Part shown: piece by piece, positions 1 to 9,553 of the stretch
Layout: each line of letters begins with the position of its first letter
How positions within the stretch are numbered: the first letter of the stretch is position 1
Source of the DNA: a virus
Lineage: Duplodnaviria > Caudoviricetes
DNA length: 64,000 bases
Virus record (IMG/VR): IMGVR_UViG_3300011226_000001
Span: 128,001 to 192,000 of that record
Reading direction: 5' to 3' (one strand)
Translations under genes and position numbers: made by a program
The notes under the pieces: generated by a model
Told to the model about the DNA's origin: nothing
What the model saw: only the letters and a program-made list of their open reading frames with translations
The model's database searches: none

Positions 1-190
1 GCTGCGTCAGGTCAACAGCGTTCGGAGTCGCAGGGATGATGACGTCCTTCATTTTGAAGTTGTCACCCGGACACTGGAAAGAGATTTGACCCAGCGGTTG
101 GGTTTGGTTCTTCACCAGCATCTGAGGCTCGCTCAGGATGTTGCGCTTAATGATAGCGCGATACTGATCGAGAGAGATAAAATCACTCAT
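1..190 (-). CDS. Hypothetical protein, partial (runs off window start)
   Basis: ATG at 190 preceded by GGAG; open frame MSDFISLDQYRAIIKRNILSEPQMLVKN... to the window edge; overlaps the stop of the upstream gene. Confidence 0.75.
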   Translation of the reverse strand, partial: MSDFISLDQYRAIIKRNILSEPQMLVKNQTQPLGQISFQCPGDNFKMKDVIIPATPNAVDLTQ

Positions 191-878
191 TGGAGTCTCC
201 AGATTGTTTAAGGTTTTGCAGCGACTGGCAGAACGTCTGATACTTACGAGGCGTTAACCGCAGTGCCATACCTAAATTAAAGTCAGAATTGGTTATCTTG
301 CCCACCATCTTAGCAAATCGTTCTTCGTCGTCGAGATACGCCAGCATCCACGGACGGTAATCATTGAACGTCTGCACCAGATAGTTATGGACTTGATCGA
401 CAATGCGACTGCGGCCTTCTACGTACTCAAAAGACCTATCGCAATCAGAATCATCAATCCCGGCAATAAACATAGTAAGACAGATAGCAGTACGGGTACG
501 ATTTTGTGCGCGTCGAATCGTATTGTCCAACTGCTTTTGATCCATCTCCTTGAGTTCCGGGAAGAGGCCACGTTTGTAATAAGCGATCTCCCTGTTAGAG
601 ATTGAACGGTCAGCAGCTTCTTTGCGGTCAAGCGCCATACATCCAGTAGGCGTTTCGCGTGTGCAATACTGACAGGTGGTAATCGGACACTGTCCGCGAA
701 AACGAAACGGTTGAGGCTTGTCTTCCATTTCAGGACAGTGAATGATTGGACGCATGTCCGTCACAACGCGAATAGGAACTGCTTTAGATTTTGCTTTCTT
801 TGTTTTCTTTGCCGCAGCAGGCTTCTTCTCTTTCGACGCCTTAACTTTGACTTCTCGTTCTTTCTTCAACTTCGCCAT
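183..878 (-). CDS. Hypothetical protein with Lys-rich N-terminus and Cys cluster (CPxxxCxYC...C)
   Basis: ORF track 183..893; probable start MAKLKK at 878; CTGTAAATA motif about 37 nt upstream on the same strand. Confidence 0.75.
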   Translation of the reverse strand: MAKLKKEREVKVKASKEKKPAAAKKTKKAKSKAVPIRVVTDMRPIIHCPEMEDKPQPFRFRGQCPITTCQYCTRETPTGCMALDRKEAADRSISNREIAYYKRGLFPELKEMDQKQLDNTIRRAQNRTRTAICLTMFIAGIDDSDCDRSFEYVEGRSRIVDQVHNYLVQTFNDYRPWMLAYLDDEERFAKMVGKITNSDFNLGMALRLTPRKYQTFCQSLQNLKQSGDSNE

Positions 879-924
879 TTCTATATCCCACAAGCCACGT
901 TAACCAAGTAAGGATATTTACAGA

Positions 925-1290
925 TTACTCGGCTACATATGCGGGGAAACCAATGGAGACCGAGTACAGCACGCCGTTTGGAATTTCGTTCACCGACGGG
1001 TCACGATAGGTAAACTTCGGAGCTTGCGTAACAAGCGTCAGACGCTGCATAGCTCCGTCGATAGAGCGCGTTGCACCTTCGGTACGCAGCATCTCAATGT
1101 GCTCTGCGATCTTCGCTTTCAGATCTTGCAGAAGGGTAGTGCCCTGCGCGTCCGAGCGCACACTGATCAGCGTTTCGATTGTAGCATACGTGCGACTGTT
1201 CTCGCCTACCTGACCACGATCGAGGTATACCGGTGCGCCGAATTCGGACACTACATCTTTGACGAGAGCGAGCAGTTGTTCGTGTTCCAT
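925..1290 (-). CDS. Hypothetical protein
   Basis: ORF 925..1341; start MEHEQ at 1290 with GAGG SD, just after the RuvC-like stop. Confidence 0.7.
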   Translation of the reverse strand: MEHEQLLALVKDVVSEFGAPVYLDRGQVGENSRTYATIETLISVRSDAQGTTLLQDLKAKIAEHIEMLRTEGATRSIDGAMQRLTLVTQAPKFTYRDPSVNEIPNGVLYSVSIGFPAYVAE

Positions 1291-1297
1291 GTTTGCC

Positions 1298-1846
1298 TCA
1301 CAGTACAGGTGCAGCCAAGAACTTCGGAACGTACACATCAACGATTCTGTTGAAGCCTACGAAAGGTTTCCGGTTCGTGTGGCGGTAGAAGGTATACATG
1401 CCAATAAGGCTTGCATCAAATTCGTGAATCGCTTTGCGACTCTTTTTGGACGTCAGGTTGTAATGCGCGTAATACTCTTTGAGGTTCATCGTGCGATTGA
1501 ACGCGTTCTTCCACTGACTCGCCGTTATCAGATCGATAGGGCAATTCTTTTTCAGTGCGAACACGGACAGCACACCAAGCATGAGCGAGATTGCTTCAAT
1601 GGTGTTACCGCCTAGACCACGCGATTGGAAACGCTCGAAGCACATCGCATCAAACGGTCCATAGCGCTTCCATATGTCTTCAAGCTCTTTCGTGAACTCT
1701 TTGACAGGCTGGCGCATATCGTAATGAAGATTTTGAATAGGATGTTGAAACATCCGCGTACCGAGTATGTTAATGCGATTGTCCTTAAACTCCTGAACAG
1801 ACAACGCGAAGTTAACCTTTCCCGGGTCGCCTGATAGAATACGCAT
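1298..1846 (-). CDS. ruvC: RuvC-like Holliday junction resolvase
   Basis: N-terminal ILSGDPG, central FERFQ, C-terminal HEFDAS acidic catalytic pattern of the RuvC/RNase H fold. Confidence 0.8.
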   Translation of the reverse strand: MRILSGDPGKVNFALSVQEFKDNRINILGTRMFQHPIQNLHYDMRQPVKEFTKELEDIWKRYGPFDAMCFERFQSRGLGGNTIEAISLMLGVLSVFALKKNCPIDLITASQWKNAFNRTMNLKEYYAHYNLTSKKSRKAIHEFDASLIGMYTFYRHTNRKPFVGFNRIVDVYVPKFLAAPVL

Positions 1847-1945
1847 GTTAGGCTCCGTGATTTAACATACTATAAATAAGTATTTATCAGGCTGAAGGTT
1901 GAAATTTTCTTCTCACTAATTTCAACCACACAGAGGAGAACTTCT

Positions 1946-3055
1946 ATGAGCTGGATTGAACGTGGAAGACCACGAAATACTTATGACCGGCACAAGACCT
2001 ACGAAACGGAGCGCGTCCAACGACGTCTTGATTCCGTCCAGAAGGTAGTGCAGTCAAAAGTCGAACAGGCATTGCAGGTTGATGCTATCGATATCGTTAT
2101 CTTCAAGAAAGCAAAGATGGGTCTGACCTGTAGTTGCAACAAGGTTGAGAACGATATCATGGATGACGTACCGGCCGGAATGAAATCTCTCGGTCGTGAG
2201 TCTGACGCAATGAACGGCGGCGTTAAGATCGGCACAGTATCAAAGGGAATGTTTGGCGGTGGGCGTCAATCAGTTTCTCTCGATGATATTGATGACGGCA
2301 TGAACGCAGTCATGGACGCAGCAGACATTATGGGCGTTGACAGCGGTGAAGAGTTCGACGTCAAATGGGATGGTGGTAACGTTGCGAACTGCGGCATCTG
2401 TTTCCGTCAGGGTGTTGTGCCCGGATTTGTAAGCACAGGCTACATCTACAACATCGCAACGCATCACCACGTTAAAGAGCTGACAGGCTATACGCTCGAT
2501 CAGTCCACCAGCCCTGCAACATTCAGACAAGTTCGCAAAGACGGTTACGCTGATTTTGATCAGCTTATCCCAAAATACTTTACGCAGGCGACTTATTCGG
2601 TACGTCTAAACGAAAGTATGTTACCTGCTTTTCCACGTCCTATGCTGCTAGTTAACGGCGTTGAAGTCGAACTGACAGCGAAGAACCTTGAACCGTGGCG
2701 TGGCAAGCACGTAACGATTCGCGTTAAAGGCGTTGAGGCATTCACGCACTGCACGATGATCTTTGACTTAGGTGTGCCTCCAGTTCGAGGTAACATCAGC
2801 GAAGAAGCAAACGTGTTGAACTACGATCAGGAGCTGACTGTTGGCAACATCACGGTCGTGCTGCCAGCGCGTAGCGGTGCGATTGAACCAGAAGACATTC
2901 TCGTTCTGCCTTTCAAAAACTACGTGCTGAAAGTGATGGAAGCACCGAAGAAACGCACAGCGAAAAACGATCAGTGGGAATGGGTGTGCACCACTCGTCC
3001 TGTACAGCGCAAAGAGATTGCGTACAACATTTTCAAAGGCTTCAAAATTCTCTAG
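1946..3055 (+). CDS. Probable virion protein (head completion/neck-like, CxC and CxxC motifs)
   Basis: 369 aa, AGGAG SD, upstream CTAATTT motif; function is inference only. Confidence 0.5.
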   Translation: MSWIERGRPRNTYDRHKTYETERVQRRLDSVQKVVQSKVEQALQVDAIDIVIFKKAKMGLTCSCNKVENDIMDDVPAGMKSLGRESDAMNGGVKIGTVSKGMFGGGRQSVSLDDIDDGMNAVMDAADIMGVDSGEEFDVKWDGGNVANCGICFRQGVVPGFVSTGYIYNIATHHHVKELTGYTLDQSTSPATFRQVRKDGYADFDQLIPKYFTQATYSVRLNESMLPAFPRPMLLVNGVEVELTAKNLEPWRGKHVTIRVKGVEAFTHCTMIFDLGVPPVRGNISEEANVLNYDQELTVGNITVVLPARSGAIEPEDILVLPFKNYVLKVMEAPKKRTAKNDQWEWVCTTRPVQRKEIAYNIFKGFKIL

Positions 3056-3065
3056 GAGAAAGACA

Positions 3066-3725
3066 ATGGCACGTATCATGATCAGTTTGAACAGCGCAGC
3101 AAACGGCGATATGACAAACAAGGCACAGCCTGCATCAGATATCCCTGACAGTTGGCCAGACCCGAACAAGCTGACGGGTAAGATTCCATTTGACGCTAAT
3201 CAAAGTGAAATAGCGGACGATATGTTCGATCCTGATAAAGCTGTTGAAGGTAATGCAGATCTGCGTAACGGCAACACGAAGCCAGGCGCAGAGGGCAAAG
3301 CGTCACGCCCTGACGAGAACTTCCGTGCTGGTGGGCGCACAACGAATGAAGTCGAATCCACTCACTGCGATAAGCAGAATGCTCTTGGGCAGCCTGTGCG
3401 CTTCACGAAAGACGACATTATGGGTGGTGGAATGTCGTTTAAAGACCTGTTTGGTGACGTATTCGGCGATATCTTTGGCAATCGCCGTGTGCAAAAAGCG
3501 ATTAGCGGTGCTATGGAGCGCGAAAGCACTCGGTCACTGTCAAAAGGTCGTTCGAAGTCTGCGAAAATGCGCTCGCAGATGCTTAAAATGGTCATGCCTG
3601 AGCTATCGCGCGAACAGGGCGAACGTTTAGCGACTGCAATGGCAGAGCACGACGGGGAGACTGTCAAACGCATTCTGACGCAGATAGGAGTGAAGCTAGG
3701 GAAGCGCGTTTCTCAGAAAAAATGA
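3066..3725 (+). CDS. Hypothetical, probable virion protein (MARIMISLNSAA leader)
   Basis: AGGAG SD before ATG 3066, within ORF 3018..3725. Confidence 0.7.
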   Translation: MARIMISLNSAANGDMTNKAQPASDIPDSWPDPNKLTGKIPFDANQSEIADDMFDPDKAVEGNADLRNGNTKPGAEGKASRPDENFRAGGRTTNEVESTHCDKQNALGQPVRFTKDDIMGGGMSFKDLFGDVFGDIFGNRRVQKAISGAMERESTRSLSKGRSKSAKMRSQMLKMVMPELSREQGERLATAMAEHDGETVKRILTQIGVKLGKRVSQKK

Positions 3726-3855
3726 CTCAAAATATCTGGATAAAGATTAACCGATTTTGGGTAGATTTGCGTTTTAAGCGCTCCGTGGGTGGGGGTTCAA
3801 AAAACACGCCCAAATTACACGGAATCGGGGAGATCTTTTTGCGGCTATTTTTTCA

Positions 3856-3980
3856 ATATAGGGCTATTTTGACCACTGTAGACACGCAGATCATAGTGCT
3901 TTTCGAAGATCAGGTCTTTTTTACCGCAGTGTACTATAGCCCTGTATGTTATCGATCAGTTCCAAGCCGTACCAAGCCGT
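3856..3980. repeat. Long imperfect inverted repeat plus tandem CCAAGCCGT repeat in non-coding region
   Basis: ATATAGGGCTAT 3856-3867 pairs with ATAGCCCTGTAT 3936-3947; CACTG 3874-3878 with CAGTG 3927-3931; CCAAGCCGT at 3962 and 3972. Confidence 0.6.
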
Positions 3981-4113
3981 CCTGACCTCGCCATCCAGAG
4001 CGAGCCAAGCGAGGATTGTTGACGGTTAAGAGGTTTGTAAGGGTTGATAAGTTGATTCTGTAAAGAACCTATAGAAAAAGAAGCAAGGATCGAGATATGG
4101 GTATGAAAAGGCA

Positions 4114-5691
4114 ATGAGTCAGCCATTTCTGATTAAAAATCCCTCGTACCAAGAGCTTCAAGCAATTCAATGGGTACGAGATAACATAGTTTTCGCCTGT
4201 CCGTACAACGGACCGGAAGAGAACGAAAAGGAGTTCAGGGAGCAAATCAACCTGTTCTTCTGGCATGTGCTTAACGTGTCTATCTATCGCTCCAAGCGTA
4301 ACAGGGGCGAGCTGTTCGGGGAAACGTTCTGTCCGTTCAGTTATTCGTACGGGCGATCTGTTCTGCCGCTAGTTTTCGGGGATTATCGACTGAAAACAGG
4401 TGCTGTTGCTGCATCGAAACAGAAAAGAGGTTCTAATCAGTTCAATAGGGCCCTTGACTGGTTAATCGAAAACGTGTTTGACGTTAAGCGTAAGAAGCTA
4501 GGCAAGAATGGCCAGCCGGGGAAATGTCGAGAGTATCGTGTTAAGCGATTCCACCTTGAGCAGATGTACCCTGTCGTACCGAGAACGCGATATGATTTGC
4601 TTAATACTGTGCGACTATATAGCCCACTGAAAGCACCTCAGTCTCGTTTCGGGCATACGATAATCGAGCGCATCCACGCGGCAGCGAAGAAGAAATTCAC
4701 GACGCGCAAACACGACCTGAGTCCCATCGACAAAAACTCGGGCCGTGAAGTCAAACGCTATTACAAACAGGTGTTAGATGTTTTAGCACCGAATGAAATC
4801 TTAATCGAACCGATACTTGCTTTCCTTGAGCAAATGTCCTTGCGTAACAACAAGAAAGACCAGAAGAAATTTCAACAGGCGATGTATCTGTTGGATTCTA
4901 TTCTGTCTGGGCCGATTGAGATTGTTGACGAAGACCCTCTGACAATCAGATACTGGCCGGCCTATAAAGTTGCGACTAAAGGTGGGCGACTGTTTGAGAT
5001 TGGCGGTGGTTTTCAAAACATGCCGAGCAAATTGAAACAGGCGTGCTATGTTGTTGGCGTAAACTGGGATATGAAGTCCAGCCAGCTCAACATCATTAAG
5101 AGGGAGTTTGCTGCGTACAACATCCCTTGCGCTCTTGTTGAAAGCCTTAATTCTGTAAATGAACTAGCAGAGATGATTGGTGAAAGTGTCGCAACTACCA
5201 AGAAGTGTTTCTATGGTACTGTGTATACTCTCGGTAAGATTCGACGTTCGGATAAAGGTCAGATATACGCGTCATTACTTGAATCGCATAAAGGTGATCG
5301 TGCGGCGACACACGCTATGCTTGACAAGTGGGACAAGTTGACCGAAGGTCTTGTTGAAGGATTGGTTATCTTACAGCAGCTTTATGAGAAGCGAGCACGA
5401 CGTTCAGGAAACAGAATGTACCTGACGTGTGCTACAGGCACAAAGTTCTCATGGCCGTTGAAAGGACCGTCATCGAAAGACAAACGAACGATGCTCAACC
5501 ATATCATTACAGGATTAGAGAGTTCGTATTTGTTTGAAGTCGTCAGGGATTCATCTCAGGTACGTTCCGTGTATTCTTTCGAACACGATGGTGCGCTGCT
5601 CCAACCGCTGCGCAATCTATCAAGCGACTACGCTAAGTTTGTTCGTAAGAAGTTTTCTGACACGATTGATTTTACTGAGGACAGCGAATGA
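4114..5691 (+). CDS. Divergent minimal family A (PolA/T7-like) polymerase-fold protein
   Basis: GGRLF..FQNMP, motif A-like WDMKSSQLNI, motif B-like KKCFYGTVY, NHIITGLES and motif C-like EHDG, in canonical order; no exonuclease motifs. Confidence 0.6.
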   Translation: MSQPFLIKNPSYQELQAIQWVRDNIVFACPYNGPEENEKEFREQINLFFWHVLNVSIYRSKRNRGELFGETFCPFSYSYGRSVLPLVFGDYRLKTGAVAASKQKRGSNQFNRALDWLIENVFDVKRKKLGKNGQPGKCREYRVKRFHLEQMYPVVPRTRYDLLNTVRLYSPLKAPQSRFGHTIIERIHAAAKKKFTTRKHDLSPIDKNSGREVKRYYKQVLDVLAPNEILIEPILAFLEQMSLRNNKKDQKKFQQAMYLLDSILSGPIEIVDEDPLTIRYWPAYKVATKGGRLFEIGGGFQNMPSKLKQACYVVGVNWDMKSSQLNIIKREFAAYNIPCALVESLNSVNELAEMIGESVATTKKCFYGTVYTLGKIRRSDKGQIYASLLESHKGDRAATHAMLDKWDKLTEGLVEGLVILQQLYEKRARRSGNRMYLTCATGTKFSWPLKGPSSKDKRTMLNHIITGLESSYLFEVVRDSSQVRSVYSFEHDGALLQPLRNLSSDYAKFVRKKFSDTIDFTEDSE

Positions 5692-6191
5692 GTTTGCTTG
5701 AAGTTCTATTTCGGTTGGAGTTTGTTCTGTCCGAAAGTGTTGAACTGCCGCCGAGCCAATGGCCGATTCTGGCTAATAAAAAAGTTGTCAATCGCCTGAT
5801 CGAAACTGCGAGTCTGACGGACATAGAGAGTACCTCTCCTGAGCTTCATCGGAGTTACTTGAAGTGTGTTGCAGGCTTCGACCCTAAAAAGCCGTACTCC
5901 TCAATCAAGCGTCTTGTTGATTCTGGAGACTATACGATCTGCTATGCTCGTGATTATTTGAACGTGCGTTTCCCTAAGAAAGCCCAGAAGTTCACAGAGC
6001 TTCATGACGCAATCTGGAAACGTGTTATCGAAGACGACGAAGACTGGCAGGCGGAATTAGAAGGTCAAGAGTTCACAGCTATGTTCGGTCACGACGAAGA
6101 CATAGCTGACTTTGCTGAATTTGCAGAAGCAAATGACGCCATGGAAGATTGTGATTTTCCTTGGACCCATCTGAAACTCAAACCTGTTTAG
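5688..6191 (+). CDS. Hypothetical protein
   Basis: 167 aa ORF, ATGA overlap with upstream gene, GAGG SD. Confidence 0.75.
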   Translation: MSLLEVLFRLEFVLSESVELPPSQWPILANKKVVNRLIETASLTDIESTSPELHRSYLKCVAGFDPKKPYSSIKRLVDSGDYTICYARDYLNVRFPKKAQKFTELHDAIWKRVIEDDEDWQAELEGQEFTAMFGHDEDIADFAEFAEANDAMEDCDFPWTHLKLKPV

Positions 6192-6202
6192 AGGAATAAC
6201 GA

Positions 6203-6394
6203 ATGACAGCTATCGTCAAACATATCTCCGTGCATCCTAAGTTTCGTTACGCCCGTCGCGTAGGTATCTTTGACGAGCTGGACAAACGTGAAGCCGAGGC
6301 CAAGCGTAAGCAGAATGCGAAGCGTCAGCAAAACAAAATGGTGAGCTATGGGTATAGTTATGCTCAAAGCCCCTTCACTCCTCCTGAGAAATGA
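6203..6394 (+). CDS. Small basic hypothetical protein
   Basis: 63 aa, GAGG SD, fills operon gap. Confidence 0.65.
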   Translation: MTAIVKHISVHPKFRYARRVGIFDELDKREAEAKRKQNAKRQQNKMVSYGYSYAQSPFTPPEK

Positions 6395-6401
6395 GGTTAC
6401 T

Positions 6402-6920
6402 ATGAATAATCTCGCACACAGCATAGTCGAAAGCCTTGCTGGGAAGTCCTGTTCGGTAGAAGCATGTAAGACTAAACACCCTTACATGGATTTACTCCGG
6501 ATGTGCGCCTCACCTTCTATTTTGGTGGACGCACCTCATTTCTTTTTGTCGCATACCGATATACCCGATTTTGATATTGCTTATTTCGGACAAGACGAGT
6601 ACACAGGCATGACCGGTGCAGATGCTCGTCAGGTCAGTACGCTGTCTGAGTTGCAATACGAACTCGATGAAATGAAGAACGCCTCGAAGCCGCGTTTAGT
6701 CATCGCCAATCTTGCGCATCTCGGGCTTGACCGACCTGTCGCCTTGAACATGATTGCCGAATATCTCGAAGACGGTGACATGTGGGATGAACAGGTGCTG
6801 GTGTCTGTCGAGGCAGCAACAACTTGGGTACCAGCCCAAGAAGAGCAGACCCTCGGTCGAATCCGTCGTGGACATACCGCAGAAGTCCATGTCCACTACT
6901 CTGAACCAATTGCAGAATAG
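6402..6920 (+). CDS. Hypothetical protein
   Basis: Start MNNLAH after GAGG SD within ORF 6348..6920. Confidence 0.7.
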   Translation: MNNLAHSIVESLAGKSCSVEACKTKHPYMDLLRMCASPSILVDAPHFFLSHTDIPDFDIAYFGQDEYTGMTGADARQVSTLSELQYELDEMKNASKPRLVIANLAHLGLDRPVALNMIAEYLEDGDMWDEQVLVSVEAATTWVPAQEEQTLGRIRRGHTAEVHVHYSEPIAE

Positions 6921-6926
6921 GCATTT

Positions 6927-7901
6927 ATGAAACATAGTGAAAGAGATTACGTTGTCGTAAGACAGGGTAATAAAAATCATCTTGTTCTGGCTACTGGCAA
7001 AACTGTTGGCATTTTGGCTAATACACTCGGTTCGCCTGATCCAGAAACAATCAAGTTCAGTCCTAAAGCTGGTGACGTTCTCGCTGTCTTGGGCCCAGAC
7101 CCTGAGCCAGGTATGTCAGTATGTGGTGTGACTGTAAGACCGTACGCTTCAATGCCTGTCTATGGCGGTCTGCCTCGTCTTGCTCTTTACGGGCGTGAGG
7201 CCGAAGTCGCTAAAGCGTGTCGCATCGCAGTCAAGAAACTTCCGAAGATTATCGAGAAGTACAATCTGCAAGAAGCGGTTCGTCGCTGCAAGCAAATCAA
7301 CTTCATCCAGCAGTCTGGTTCGAAGACGCACTCGTTCAAATCCAAGTTCCGTAAGGACGAATGGCACGACGAGATCAATGTGTTCGTTGATCGTGACTGC
7401 GTATCGGTTGACGTGTATAACAAACTGATGATTGCTCTTGGCGAATCAGTGTGGACGCACCTGCTGAGTTCTAAACGCAAAGTCCGCTGGATGATGCTGT
7501 TTAAGAAACTGCGTAACGTGCAGCGCCTGAACCTGAGTACGCTGACTGGTCTGCTCGAAGACTTCCAGCGAGCTGGTGACGCTAAAGACGTGAAGAACGT
7601 TGTGTCCGAAGACCTGCTGCCTTTCGTTGACATGATCTTCCGAACGATTGCGCGTCAGAACAGTATCTCGGTCCGTGAGCTGGAACTGATTGCTGCCAAC
7701 GACAGTCAGGCTGTTGCCGAACTGTGGCCCGGTGAGATGCAGATTGCTGAGGGTCGTCCTGACCTTGATAAAGCGATTATGAAAAATCCTACCACGCTGT
7801 TTGCTAACGTGTTCGCTCGTCATATCGACGGCATCGACACAGGCAAGACGTTGCGCAAGGCAATCAAGAACAGCCTGAAAGAGATCAGTGGCGCAGAGTA
7901 A
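6927..7901 (+). CDS. Hypothetical protein
   Basis: 324 aa ORF with phage-typical codon usage. Confidence 0.8.
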   Translation: MKHSERDYVVVRQGNKNHLVLATGKTVGILANTLGSPDPETIKFSPKAGDVLAVLGPDPEPGMSVCGVTVRPYASMPVYGGLPRLALYGREAEVAKACRIAVKKLPKIIEKYNLQEAVRRCKQINFIQQSGSKTHSFKSKFRKDEWHDEINVFVDRDCVSVDVYNKLMIALGESVWTHLLSSKRKVRWMMLFKKLRNVQRLNLSTLTGLLEDFQRAGDAKDVKNVVSEDLLPFVDMIFRTIARQNSISVRELELIAANDSQAVAELWPGEMQIAEGRPDLDKAIMKNPTTLFANVFARHIDGIDTGKTLRKAIKNSLKEISGAE

Positions 7902-8473
7902 TGCACCGCCTTAATCGCGTCAAAGCAGAGCACCTGTTGAAATGTCAAGGGTTAAAACAAGCCCTTGACTATTTCGATCAGACAGCGAACTCTCACCCAC
8001 TCTACACTCGGGACTTCTCGTTAAATGTCGTGTTAACCTCACACGCCATGTTGAACATCGAGACCGGTCCGAAGTTAGAAATAAATCTGCTGCTCGCTTC
8101 CCTCTTTCTCCGTATGCCGACTTCTTCGGACTACGACTTTATGCAGACCGTGAGTGCTGTACGTAGGTTTTTCAAAACACACCGCAACATTGGTAATGAA
8201 GACCGTGTGATCTCTTACATACTCGATCAGGAAACAGAGATGCGTCCTGTAACTGAGATGGGCAACGTGCTGCACGATGCTGAGATCTTAACGTTCCTCA
8301 TTCAACCTCCATCATCAATCATCGACTTCGTTCAACAGAAAACAGGCAGAGATGTTATTAGCTCGCGCCTATTCCTTGAACGCATTGTGGTAGCTCAAAC
8401 GATGTATACACCTCTCGGTCGTGACATGCTCCGAGATTTGTCTGCGTCTATCTTGGTTGATTTGAGGGCATAG
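7901..8473 (+). CDS. Hypothetical protein (possibly degenerate HD-domain fold)
   Basis: 190 aa, TAATG coupling; LHDAEIL resembles the HD C-terminal xDAD motif, but there is no clear HD dyad. Confidence 0.6.
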   Translation: MHRLNRVKAEHLLKCQGLKQALDYFDQTANSHPLYTRDFSLNVVLTSHAMLNIETGPKLEINLLLASLFLRMPTSSDYDFMQTVSAVRRFFKTHRNIGNEDRVISYILDQETEMRPVTEMGNVLHDAEILTFLIQPPSSIIDFVQQKTGRDVISSRLFLERIVVAQTMYTPLGRDMLRDLSASILVDLRA

Positions 8474-8476
8474 TTT

Positions 8477-8821
8477 ATGGACGACGAGGACTTCGATTTT
8501 GAGTTCGGAGCAGACGATGACAGCGGTTACTACATCGACCAGCCCCTGCACATGGTGATGGACGGCGATGATGCAATCGTTGGACACCTCGTCGATTCCG
8601 GTGACAATGTATTAATGTACGGCGCCTACTTTGTTGTTGACGATGAAGAAGACCCAGACGCTGCTACGCTTATCGAGGTTCCAATCTTCAAAGTAGATCC
8701 TCTCGCCGATATCATCGTTGTAATGAACGCGGACGAAATGCGAATGCGCTATACCAGCGAGTTGCTCACTCTCGCCTTCATCAACGATATTCCTCTGGTA
8801 GTTAAAAGCACGAGGCATTAA
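8477..8821 (+). CDS. Acidic hypothetical protein
   Basis: 114 aa, GAGG SD, strongly Asp/Glu-rich. Confidence 0.7.
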   Translation: MDDEDFDFEFGADDDSGYYIDQPLHMVMDGDDAIVGHLVDSGDNVLMYGAYFVVDDEEDPDAATLIEVPIFKVDPLADIIVVMNADEMRMRYTSELLTLAFINDIPLVVKSTRH

Positions 8822-9408
8822 TGATCAAACATATTTTCTTCGACATGGACGACACGGCATTTGATACGCACAACTTCATGTTGTGTTATCTGATGAACTG
8901 GGGAATCTACCCTGGGACAGATACTTACATCACTCCTGAAAACGGCCACCAGCCTTTTGTCGATATGCTGGAAGATGGTCGCTTCATGTTAGAAGCCAAC
9001 ATGCGTGACTACTTCATCCAGACTGTGGCGTTCCTGGTGCGCGAAGGATTCAGCGTCGGCATTTGTACGCATCGTGGCTACCATGCTAAGGGTGAACGCA
9101 ACACACGTAAGGCTCTGGAGAAACACCTGTCGTTGTTCGATCACATCGACGTGCTGGACAGTCGCCAACATCCTGACAAGATTGCTTACCTCAATGAGAA
9201 GTACGGGGAAGGTACTTGGATTCTTGTTGACGACAATCCTGTTACTGCTGTGCGTGACAAGTTCACTCGCGTTGGTGATCAACTGGTACTGCCGCGTAAC
9301 GTGTTGCTGTTTACCAAAGGATGGAACCTGCACATCGATCATCCTCATCGAATTGAATCATTCGACAGACAACATTTCTTGTCAAAGCTGCGTCCAATGC
9401 TGAACTAA
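8821..9408 (+). CDS. HAD-superfamily 5'(3')-nucleotidase-like phosphatase
   Basis: Motif I FFDMDDT, motif II CTHR, motif III K, motif IV LVDDNP. Confidence 0.8.
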   Translation: MIKHIFFDMDDTAFDTHNFMLCYLMNWGIYPGTDTYITPENGHQPFVDMLEDGRFMLEANMRDYFIQTVAFLVREGFSVGICTHRGYHAKGERNTRKALEKHLSLFDHIDVLDSRQHPDKIAYLNEKYGEGTWILVDDNPVTAVRDKFTRVGDQLVLPRNVLLFTKGWNLHIDHPHRIESFDRQHFLSKLRPMLN

Positions 9409-9445
9409 GAATTGTCTGAATATTTCGGAATGTTTCTAATTTATA

Positions 9446-9538
9446 ACAGTACAAAACAGTGCATACGGAGTTTGCGCTGACTGTTTAGTTCGGCCTGTTT
9501 CTTTTGCCGAATTTGGGGATAGGCCGAACTCTTTTTTG
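9446..9538 (+). ncRNA. Putative small RNA (hairpin plus intrinsic terminator)
   Basis: CTAATTT motif at 9436; AAACAGT/ACTGTTT stem 9454-9486; AGTTCGGCCTGT/ATAGGCCGAACT stem 9487-9530 then CTTTTTT; no ORF. Confidence 0.45.
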
Positions 9539-9553
9539 TACAGACTCGGCCCT

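Noticed and set aside
3722-3985. 87-aa ORF
   Set aside because: Atypical codon usage and composition, and overlaps inverted repeats; more likely non-coding
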